Origin: Nageia nagi
Taxonomy: Eukaryota > Plantae > Pinophyta
DNA length: 64,000 nucleotides
Direction of reading: 5' to 3'
Assembly (NCBI GenBank): GCA_050084985.1
Contig: JBITNC010000001.1
Location: 89,404,001 to 89,468,000 of the forward strand
The notes under the pieces are model-generated. The model did no database searches. It was not told the origin of the DNA and saw only the letters and a list, made by a program, of their open reading frames with translations. Within the stretch, counting starts at the first letter, position 1. Each line of letters opens with the position of its first letter. Made by a program: the position numbers and the translations under genes. Shown here piece after piece: positions 39,501 to 51,500 of the stretch.

Positions 39501-42500
39501 TGGAAGCAAAATTGCTCAACCTGCACCTCAAGGGGCCAGAAATGTAATAGAAAGACCTACAGAGGTCTCACTTAGGATTAGGATGTCCCCTTCTGCTAGC
39601 AATGCATCTCTTCTGGGTGAGAAGTCTTCCTTGCTTCCTCTTGGGAAAAGACAAGGAACCATTGGTCGACATGCTTCGATGGGTTCCAACAAACACAAGG
39701 CAAAGGCTAATGCAATAAAGATAAGTTAGCAGGTGGTTGCTCTCAGGGAAACTGGCTATGTGAATGTCTCTTTGAGCATATTAGAACAAGCTGTTGTCTA
39801 CCCCAAGGGTAGTTGTGCCAATAATTCCCCTATTAGAAGATCCAATGACACTCCACAAAGATCCTTACATCTTCAAGGGTACAAAGAGAAGGTTCTCCCA
39901 CTAAAACCTAGTACGAGTTCTTCCAGTTGCTCTTCTTCCTTAGATGGAGAAGATCTTGAAGAGTTAGGCTCCTGTGATGAAGAAGGCTCCCATGATGAAG
40001 AGAGCCAAGGTAGGAGGGTTGTAACAAGGGAGATGATGGAGAGGAGAGCTATGAAGATGATGATGATGCTGAATCCAATCCACAAGAGGATGAATTATAC
40101 CTTGCACAAGAAGAGAATGTAGTTGTAGGTGCTTCTGCACCTGATGATACAAAGAATGATACTCTCTCAGATGATGATTTGTTTGTTGATGTATAAAAGA
40201 TTGATGAAAATGTCCAAATTGTTGGAGTAAAGCGCCAAAGAGATGAGCACATCCAGAACTCCTCCTGCAGACCATCGAAAAAAATCACCCTCATCTTCCC
40301 AGAAGACCTCGTCTAAGAGGACCAACCATGAGAGATCTCCTCAACCCCGCATAAAAGTTCTATCATTAGGAGGAGGTGGTAGAGATGAAGAGGATGAAGG
40401 TGATACAAAAGAACAAAAGAAGAGGAAGCAGGATGAACCAAGGCAAAGAAGTTGCCATCATACAAACTACTCCCACAAAAGAAGTCGACAAGAAGTTGAG
40501 CCAAAGTAGAATGCTAGTGTAAAGGCTCCCTCCTAAACCAGCTACTGAACACCTAGAGCTTGACTTGGACGCTTGCTTGAGAGTTTTAAGCATGAGTACG
40601 ACTCATGATGAGGATATTGATCCAGACTTGATGTCCAAGGACAAAGAGGAAGAGCTCTCCGATGGTGAGAAAGTGCAAAGAGTGGATACCTATGTTTGCA
40701 CAGACAGATAGATTTCTGTTAGTCATCGCTACTCCAAGAAGAAGCACCCAAAAAGACTTGAATATTGTTTGATGGAAACTTTAAGATTCCTGCTAAGCTA
40801 GGGTTATCATCAAGGAAGCACATTGTTACCCAAAATGCAGCAATGATGGAGCAAGAGGGCGATGAGGCCAAACAAGAGGTAAGAAGGTTAAAGAAGGAGC
40901 TCACTGCCAATAGGAAAATGATCAAAGAATTTCAGGTTGTGAGTATGACCCCTGTTGAGCTCAAAAGACAAGCTTCATTCCATGTAGGTTGGAAGTTGAT
41001 GAAAGAGTCCTTGAAGAAGGAGACGATGGAGACCATTGAGAGGCTATCTTTTCAAATTTATGGGCTTATCAAGGAAGGAGCTGAGATGAGAGAGTTGAAG
41101 ACTCAAATATCTTCTCTCCTCGAGAAGCTAGATGTACATCTCCCTATTGTTATCAATCTTCAGAGGATGTTTGCTGATAGACTTGAGAAGCATGCCTTGG
41201 ACAAATGCCAAGCGATGCTTAAAGCCAGGGTGCCCCTAAAAAAGGACGTAGAAGAATAGATGGCCCAATACATGTATCAGTTGAAATATCAAGGGGAGAA
41301 TGGTGATGTACGCAAAAAGGATTCAATCTTGGCAAAGGTGCAAAATCTAATCAAAGAGCATCTTGAGATGGAAGACCTCAATCTTTTAAAGGCAAGCAAG
41401 CCCATTCATCATGAGAGGTAGATGGCCATCTGGAGATTTCAGATGCAAGCTACATCTCGACAGATAAGAGGGATATAGAGAAAATGGCAACATCGCAGGC
41501 ATGCTCTCTAGAGGAGTACGGAAGACCTTAGCTTTCTTGGAGGAAGCTATGGGATAATGCAGTCTCACCGACAAAAGCGTGGAACTCCGCAGATGTTGAA
41601 TCAAATTTGCCCTGGATTTGATCCGTTTGCAGATTCTGTTTGCAACTATCTTTTCAGTGTTAAATGCATTTATTGTTCTCAGTTTCATATACTTGATTTG
41701 ATTGGTGCAAGGATTGTTTTTTGCTCCCACTGGTTCAAATGTCAGACTTATTTTCATATCTGATCTTATTTTGCATAGATTAGAGGTTTTGTGGCTGCGA
41801 CATTTATGTTTTGTCAAGTTTTTAAATGCCACTTGCATAGATAAGTGTGATGTGATCTAATTTTGCATAGATATGTGTATTGCATGTGAGCATACCATAT
41901 ATGATTTTATGCATATAGGGCAACATTGCATTTATTGCAACTACTTTTGTGACCTATATATATCCCACTTCGGTCATTTAGAAGGGGATTTTCGCTATTG
42001 AAAGAAAGGAATGCTCCTATTATGTTTTTGAAAATGTTTTGTAAAGTGGATTTCATTTTGGAATAGTGCTTTAAAGAATGTTATGAGTCTTTCATTTGTG
42101 GGATCATGCATGTTATCTTGTAAGAATTTCTTGCCAATTTGAATAGTTTTTTTTGCTTAAGTGCATTCTCTTTGAAAACTAAGGGTTTTAAGAGGAGATA
42201 GTTGAATATTTTGTGAAGTGGTTTGAATTATTCATTGCATGATTCGCAAATAAGTGTATGTATTCTGAGGCAAAAAGTTTATCTCTATATCATTCAGCTA
42301 GAATATGTATTCACGTGTGGTCCTTTCCCTTCATTTTCATTTCCATTGAGTCTTCCATTATAGACCCAACATCTCCTTGCTCTTGTCTAGTAGCAACTTG
42401 AGTTTTGCTATTTGCTGCTAGGCTTGATAAGTGAATATAGATTTCTTAAGGAATCCGGGAATGACCTGTCGAGACATTGCATCATTGGTGATTGCTTCAT

Positions 42501-45500
42501 GTGCTATTTTCTCATTCCTATGCATTTATCCTCACATTTGTGATCTTTCTTCACTTTTGTGATCTTTCTTCGCTTTTAAGCTCATACCTCATGATATAAG
42601 TCAATCATTGAGTCTTGATTGTATACGGTTGAACAATATGCATCTCTAACCATTGTGCATGGGTTCATATTCCATGTGAGTTGCTTTGGGTATAAAGTCC
42701 TTTCAGGCGGACACAAGTAACATTGTCTCCTTCAACTTGAGTGGATGTTTTGGAAGGAAAGAAAAACATACCAACATACACCAAAGTCTCCGAACATGAT
42801 TATATCTTCATTTGATTGTATGTTGATGATATTATCTTCATGAGCACTTCCGCTTCCATGCTGCAACAATTTAAGACTACAATGGTAATCAAGTTTGAGA
42901 TAAGTGATCTGGGTGACATACAGTACTTTTTTGGACATGCAAGTTCAACAGTCATCCAACAACATCTTCATCACTCGAATTAAAATTTTTGATGATATGC
43001 TTGCCAGATTCTTAATGAAAGATTGCAAACTTGTTGGTACCCCTACAATTGTATGTTGTAAATTGATGAAGGAGCATTCTACTCATTTGGCTAATGCAAC
43101 CTTGTACATGTCACTTGGAGGTAGTCTGATGTATCTCAAGGAAGAGGAAGAGGAAGAGGAAGAGATGACAAACAAAACAAACGATGTTACTCTTGTAACA
43201 AGTTTGGTCTCTATGAGAGGGATTGTAGATTGAAGGCTTCTTAAGAAGGGAAAAATAGTGCACATTATGGAGAAGAGGATAGATCTTAAAATATTTTTTT
43301 GACTTATGGCAAGGCTGATCAGAATTTGCAAGAGACATGGATACTTGGTATGGGCTGCTCCAACGACATGTCTGGCAAGAGAGAGTTCTTTGCTACCATG
43401 GAAAACTCATACAAGTCCAAGATCAGGCTTGGAGATGACAAGGCCTTGCATGTTGAATGCACTGTAGCCATGGAGGTGCACACCAAAGAAGGTAAAAATA
43501 AAGTAAATGACATTTATCACACTCCAAATTTAAAATACAATTTGTTGACTCTTGGTCAAATAATGGAAAAGAAATATAAGCTTGTTTTTGAAGATGTCAA
43601 GTGTGTAATATTTGATAAGAATAATAGTCATAGGTTGGTCACAACAGTCCTTATGACAAAGAATAGATTATTTCCATTAAAATATGGAGGACAAGGGGTT
43701 GGTCTTGCAAATATTGCTATAGAAAACAAAAATTGGTTGTGGCACCTTAGATATTGTCATTTAAACTTCACAAGTTTGAGATTATCAATAGCTAAAGAAA
43801 TGGTATATGGGATACCGAAGGTTGAAGATCACAAAGGAGTTTGTGAAGGTTGTGTTTTGGGAAAGCACTCAAGATCAAGTTGTCCAAGAGGAAGGAGAGC
43901 TACTTCTCCACTACAATTGGTGCATTCTGACATAAGTGGGCTAATGCAAACACAAAGTTTGGGTAAAAATTACTACTTTCTCACTTTTATAGATGATTTC
44001 TCAATAATGTGGTGGTTCTATTTGTTAAAGACCAAAGATGAAGCTTTTGAATGCTTTAAGGATTTTGAAAATCATGTTAAGAACCAAAGTGGATATTTTG
44101 TAAAATGCTTAAGCATTGATAGAGGAGGGGAATTTTGCTCAAATGAATTCCTTCATTTTTGTAAAGATTGTGGAATCAAAAAGGCAACTCACTATTGCCT
44201 ACACTCCACAACATAATGGTGTGGCTGAGCACAAGAATAGAACCATTGCTGAAATGGCTAGAAGCATGCTTCAAACTAAAAAATTGACAAATATCTATTG
44301 AGCGATGCGGTTAGGACAACAGTCTATATTTTGAATAAGAGTCCTATTAGCAAGCATATTGACATTCGCCATCATTTTATGAGAGATTTGGTGAAAGATG
44401 GATTCATTGAATTCAAGTTTTGTCCTTCTGAAGACCAGTTAGCAAACATCTTCACCAAAGCATTACCAAATGATCGATTCCTCAGTCCTTGAAATTGTAT
44501 TGGAATTCAACCCATTCACATTAAGGTGAGAATGAGGGAATTTAATGTTCCATAGTTTGAATTCCATTTTGTTCCATTTTGGACACACCTCTCGTGCACG
44601 TACATCTCCTCCAACGGTTAGTACATGTCGGATTGATTCTTCACCTATCGACATTTATTTCCTTCGCAGATGTGTAGTTGAGCTCTTAATACTCACAATT
44701 TGATCAAATCAATCTTGGATGCACAAACATGGATGCCCATCCCTTTCTGATAGATTTCATTTATGTTTTTCCTAATTCTCTAAGCAGACTGAGTTGTAAC
44801 ATCTCTTGGAGTCTCAGACATTCGATTTTCTTTTTTCTATAAATAGGGACTTCATTTCCCATTGTAAGTAAGTAGGAGAATATTGTAATGTTATGCTGCC
44901 TTTTTGAACACTCATAATAGAAAACATTTTGTTTGCTCTGCAACTCTCTGTTTTCATTTTCTTCGTGTTGTTGAGCGATTGTGTATGACTCAAGCTATTG
45001 GTGCAGGCATCTTGAAGTTGATTTGAGGTATTTCTTATCGCTAAGTCCGTGTTTTAGCTACTTAGTATTGATCAAATTCTCATTTTGTGTTTCTGATTGT
45101 GAGATATCGTGGTTTGTTCTTTTGTTGCCCTGTCTTGGGTCTTAGACAAGTCTGAATGCTTAAGTCTTCGGCTTAGCTCTTTAGCCTCGTGATTTTCTTT
45201 ACTGGAATCACGTCCAAACCAGATCTCCCTCTTTGCAATTGTTTGAATTTGTTTTTTAGACCCTTTCTACATTACTGAACCTCCATCTTCAAGACAAAAC
45301 CATGTTTCAGGCTTCTCGAGAGCTTTCCTTGCTTGCTAGATGTATTTTTGGTGCGTTGCTGTGTTGTGCCATGTTTGCTGTGCCTTACAAAGCCTTTTTG
45401 TGCTGTGTTCTAATTTTTGTTGATGTCATCTCTCTTACCGCCCGACACTTAAGTGTTTTTCGTGCCTTACCGGTCCCTGATCAAACTCGTGCTGATGTCA

Positions 45501-48500
45501 TCGCTCTGGCTTTCCTGACATTCAGTGTATTTCACCATGCCTTGGCCAAGTCTCTAATTAGCTGATGTTATCATCGTTCATTTTACTAAAGTGCTTTCAC
45601 CTTTGCTTTTTCTGCTTTGCCAACACTTCTAAGGCCTTGTGCAGATGTCATAGCTCTTGCTGCCTGACACTTAGCACTTCTCCTGTCATGCCGTGTTTCA
45701 AAAATCCTTCTGTTGACATCATTGCTTTCGCTGCTCAAGATTCTATGTTCTTTTTATGACATGCCAAACTTACTTTGAACTTTAGTTGATGTCACTATTC
45801 TTGCTAGACGACAATTAGTGTTATTTGTGCCTTTGTTGTTGTGCCACATTCCGACAAACTTGTTGTTCACATCACCATTTCAAAAGTGCAACAATGCATT
45901 TTTTACTCTCTTTGTTGCAGTCTGGGAAAGTATTTGTTGACGTCATCCTCACAGAGTGTGGCATTGCCCCTTTTCTTCCAAGAAAGTATTTGCTAACATC
46001 ATCATCTCAAAAGTGTGGCATTTCGTATATTGCCTTGTCTTGTATCACAACAAAGCTTCTGCTGATGTCATCAGCTTGAAAGTGCGACAATCTGACTTTT
46101 GCAATGTTCCTGACCGCAACAACTCAATTCCTGATTGCGGCAACTTCATTATTCCGTACAACAACTGAGTTTGACTGCGACCGCTTGATATTTGATTGCG
46201 GCAATCCTTATGTTGACCGCGACATCTCAAATTCTTCATAATATGCCTTCTTATCGGTGTCCTTAAAATCGTACCAAAACTCAACCATCCTCAAAGCCCT
46301 TTATTGAACTTTGGGTAAATTTCATCAGATAATTTAATGACTCAAGTCTACTTATATAGCAAGCTTATTCCATCTAAACCATCTATGCTGTTTACAGATG
46401 TGGACCATCTTGATACACCCATGATGGAGTGCATTTAAGTAGAGTATATGTATGTATGTGTGTGTTGTTAGTCTGCAATGTGATTGTACTCAAGCACTAA
46501 CTACTAGATGGTTCATTTTTGAGATGTCATATTAAACTTCAGCTTGAGGACTTGAGTATGGCAGTCAGCAACTGACTTTGGGGATCTTATTTGTCCTTCA
46601 TTCTCAAAAACCTATTATGATCGAGTCTCAGTATTTATGCCTTTAGTCATCTCTATTGGATCCTTAATTGAGTATTAGGTTTAAGGAGGCTTCTTAGTTC
46701 ATTCCTATCAAGTGGCTATATCATGTGCCTATACCGTGAGGAGCCTAATCACTCACATCTCTTATGAGAGGGAAAGATAAGCTCTTGAGAGGCACCAAGT
46801 GACCCAATCTTACTAAGAGATAAACATCTGAGGGGCACCAAATTGTTGCACTTTACAGGGAATGAAGGACACAATTACTGCACCTAAATATGGTGAACAT
46901 TTGTTGGGAAATGCAGCTAAGTTGATTGTATTTGTAGATATTTTTTTTCCTGCATTTAAGTTTTTTGTCAGCTCACCAAGACAAGCTCTATTATGATGCA
47001 GCTTAGGGTTAGCAAGTAATCTTGGTTCAAAAGGAGGTTAAGTCCCTAAGGGTAAGTTAAAAAGGTTTATTTCTTCTTATTCTAACCAAACACTTGATTA
47101 CATCCTTTGTGATGGTTTAAATCAAATTTCCCAATTTTGTCTTTGGGGTGATTTTTACCTCACCTTCTTAGCAAGGTCTTGGAATTTAATTGTGGTGCTG
47201 TAGGGTGGGTCTTTGGGTTCACTGAATATGTTTATAACTTTATACAGACATGGGTCTTATCAGTCGAAAGATCTTGTGATGGCCATTGCAGTAGTTTTAA
47301 CTTTGAATGCTATTGAGTTTCTAGTTATAATAAAAATTTAAATAAATACAAACTTATGTCATTCTTTTACTTTTTGATACTTTGTCTTTTAAATATTTCC
47401 TGACTTTGTTTATTTATGCTTTGTAGAGATGGAAGATCTTGCCACAAGGATTTGCTGGAAGCTTGTTAAGAAGGAGGGTTACATTGCGATTTGGCAAAAA
47501 CCTGTCAACAACACTTGTTATGTTAATCGAGATGCAGGAGTCAAACCTCCTTTATGTGATGTGAATGATGACCCAAATGATGTTTGGTAAGCAACAAAAT
47601 TTACAGTGTAATGAGTAAAAATTTCACATACAAATATTGAGCGGAATAGATGTTTATTTTATTGTTTAATTATGCACAATTAAATTGAAAATTAACTGGC
47701 ATTTAAGGTTTCTTTCATTAGGAGAAAGCTGTTGCACATTGTTTAGTTGTTTTGATCGATGGGAACTAGAGGTCTCAATAAATGCATCTACATTTTAGTT
47801 GGAATAACTATGCTGCAGGGCTTAACCTACAAGGACAGACATACGTGGAGAGTTGAAAGTTGAAACAGTGTCACTAGTGTCCATTAATATGTAAATTTGG
47901 TTCAGAAGTTGTTTTCAAGATGATTTTGTTGTGCTGAGGATTATGAATTATCATGAAGATTTCACAATCGGTCTCTCACAGCTGCATCTGGCTAGAGCCA
48001 CTCACTATCTGCACAATGGTGGCTGTAGACACAAAAAAGAAAACAACTTATTAAAATATGTACAATTAATTGTTTATGGAAATGAAAACTAAATTAACAG
48101 TTAATTGCAGTACAGAGATCTAGAGACTATGATTTATATAGTATTTACAAGAGGAGGTACAAAGAAGACTTCTCTGGAAAATTGGGGGATTAGAGGATGG
48201 ACAGATTGTATTCTTGGAGGATGAATCTTGGGATGAAATCAGTAGCTTCCTAGACTGGTTTGGGTTCGATCTAAGTCAGGGACCAGATCACCCACATTTT
48301 GGGGTTGAGGTCCAAATCACCTGCATTTTGGAGTTGAGGTCTAGAATGCCCACGCTTTGGAATCCAATTTCTAATTTGCAATGACCTTCAGTTGATGTGT
48401 TCTACAATGTTCTGCTTGTTCCTAGCGATCCTCTTGTGGAATTTTGGTGCCATACCTGCAGATGACTTAAGAAAAAGCTTGGAATGATGTTGATTAGTCT

Positions 48501-51500
48501 TGCAAAAGATAATAGTGTTAGAGCACTTCTTGCGTATTTCCATAATTTCTATCTTATTTTTTCATATCAAATGAACTTTTGCTCTTTGCTTTGTGTAGAT
48601 GGTATGGTGTAGTTCGGATGTGCAACAACCTTCAGTTGCAATGTTTGACTTGTTTCGAGTGATTCTCTTGTGGAATTTTGTTGCGATATCTTCAAATATG
48701 ATTTAAGAAAGAGCTTGGAAGGATGTTGATCAATCTTGCAAAATATTTTAGCATTAGAGCACTTCTTGTGTATTTCTTGAATGTCTTTCTATCTTATTTC
48801 TTCATATCAAATGAGCTTTTGCTCTTTTCTTTGTATAGACTTGAAGAAGTCTAATTTTGAACTCACCTTGGTGAGAGTATACAGTCTTGGTGAGAGTATA
48901 CAGTCTGATGTGTATACCAAATAATGTGAAACTAAAAGATATTACTTAATTTTTAAAAATGACCTCAAGTGGGTCCAAAATTGATGCTTTACATAAGTCA
49001 AAGAAAACACTTACAATAAATACATTTAAAATAGAAAAAATTCGAATTGAAGTGCTTATAAATGTTGGAGTATATAATGTAAACTTAGGTATGTATGTTC
49101 TAGTTATTTATTTAAAATAACAAGAACATATTTTATTGCTGTAAATACCCAAAAATTAAGGATAAAAAGTTAACCAGGAATGTAAACAAAGTGGTATGGT
49201 CCACCTATACATGTCAACAAATAGGTATGGGCTACATGTTTGTAATTAATGATAGTTTGACTGTCAGATCAATCCATTGGATTGAGTATGAAGGAAGAAA
49301 GCTAGTCATAACAAGTTAGAGGGTGAGACACATTGTAATGCCTAATTGTAAATGTTTCATATTTTTGTGAAAGAGAGTAATACAAGGATTGAGACTTCAA
49401 AGTGGATGTTTGCTTGCTTTGTTTTGCAACAAGGATTTTACCACTATGAATTGCATCTTTTGTGTGCTTGAATCTTATACTCATTGTTACAGTTGAGATT
49501 CTATTATGGATGGTATTACTTGCATAGTTGACTGTTTAAACTGAGGAACGATCATTCATATTTGTGGGATTCTAACAATAGATTGCTCCTTTTGGCGGTG
49601 TGGTTAACGGAAAAAATGAAATGTTATTAATGTCTATGATGGGTCAAAAGTGACCCAAGGGATTGAGAAAAGAGTACATTGAAAACTACAAGTAAGGGGT
49701 CAAAATTACCTAGTTAGAGAGAAAACAAAAAATAAATATAAAGAGTGCAAAACATGCTGCATGAAAATGAAGACAACCATAAAAAGAACTCTCTTTCAGC
49801 CTTATGAACTAATCTCTCCTAACTTGGTGAATCACTGTCGAAGAAGTTATTGATTTGTCTTTGCATATCATTGATCTGGAGTCCCAAAGATCCATAGGTA
49901 CGCTGTCTAGTGATCTTGTTGATGTTTAGATGATTTGGTGCCTATCGTTTTCGACCAATATCTATATCCTTCCTGTTGTGCTTGCACAACACCCCCCAAA
50001 ATTTTTGCATTTTGAGGACCCTCGAAATTAGAGAATAATGCATGGAACTAAACATTTGTCTAAGGGAATGTATGCATGCTAGTCTAGCTTCGGGAAACAT
50101 GTTAAACCTACACTTTCATGGTCACATCAAATTAGAAATACACATTTTCCTCAGTCGCATGTTTTTGAGTGAGTGCTTTTGCACACCTTTCAAACGGTGC
50201 AACCAACCTCATGCTGCATTTTCACGCTTATCATTTGCATTTTCAGTCTTGAAATTGCACTTTTAGGGTCCCTCATGCTGCAAAAATTCGTCTCCCCCTC
50301 ATTGCATTTCATGTTTGAAGTCATTTTGGTCAAAATGCAAGGTTAAAAAATGTGTTTTCGGCTTGTCACATGTTTTCAGGTGAGTGCTTTTGCACCCCAC
50401 CCAAATGGTGTGACCAGGTTAGAGCCTCTCATACTTAGCATTTTTCTATGACAAAACGTGTCGCATGTTTTTAGGTGAGTGCTTTTGCACCCATTAGAAC
50501 CATGTGACCAAGGAGGAAGTCATTCATACTTAGCCATTTTTGAGGCCATCGAAGCTTGTCACATGCTTTCAAACAAGTGCTTTTGCACCCCACTCAATCC
50601 ATGTGACCTGGAAAAGGGGGACTTGGCCATTTTGGGACAATCAAGGCTAGTTGCATGCTTTCAAGTGGGTGCTTTTGCACCCATCTCAAAGTGTGCGACC
50701 AGATTCATGAGGTGAAATTTGGCTAAGTGTTGGGTCCAGATTGTTGACAAGTGGAAATACATGCATTTGAGCCCCTCTTGCACCTATCATGTGGTGACAC
50801 CTGTCCAACTTGGAAGGCTATAAAAGGAAAGTCAGTTTTAGTCATTTTGTTTGCAAATTTGTCTAGAGCATTGCATGGAGCCAAGAGAGAAAAGCATGTC
50901 CTCCAAAACGTGCGATCTATGTCAAATCAGCATTTTTCAAGTCATTTTGAAATTTTTGGTCTTGGGATGCATGCCAGACCCCAGGCGCAAGGATCAAGGT
51001 GCATGCTTTTGCACCCTTTCAAAACGATGCGACCAAGGATTGAGCTTCAGTGTTGGCTTGAAATTTTGGCCAAGTGTTTAAGAACCTAGTTGCATGCTTT
51101 TCATCATATGCTTTTTCACCCCTTTAAAACCATGCACCCCTGTTTTGGCTCCGTCATTCGACCCCTAGTTTGACCAACTCGAAGGTGACACATGGAAGTA
51201 CCAAATGTTATAAATATTATCTTAGATTTATCACCCTTTCCCCAGTTGCACCATTTCTAATGCATGCTTTTGCACTCATCTAAAGCAGTGCACTAGGGAG
51301 AAATAAGGAATCTAGTGGGACGTTGTGCATTCAGATAGCTTGTTTTTGGCTAAGGCATTTCAGTGAAGTCCCAAGCTCAAGGCGCATGCTTTTAGACACA
51401 TGCTTTCTCACTCATCCAAATCCATGCGCCCAGGTGTGAGGTGAAGAATTAAGCTCTAGAATTTGACTAAGTGACCCTAGGCCCAGTCGCATACTTCTCA

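Larger units (their letters stand above)
25630..41570 (+). pseudogene. Long uncharacterised ORF of giant element copy 1 (25630..26569 + 38982..~41570)
   Basis: Removing the gypsy and one TSD restores [13 protein letters not shown], aligning with [13 protein letters not shown] in copy 2; many stops and frameshifts. Confidence 0.8.
23520..42776 (+). mobile_element. Giant solo-LTR-like coding element, copy 1 (~6.85 kb after removing the nested gypsy)
   Basis: Begins TGTTGTGCCTACACAACGCCCCCCAA, ends GAAAAACATACCAACA; TSD TACAT (23515-23519) / TACAC (42777-42781); interrupts copia RT; collinear with 49974..56685. Confidence 0.88.
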
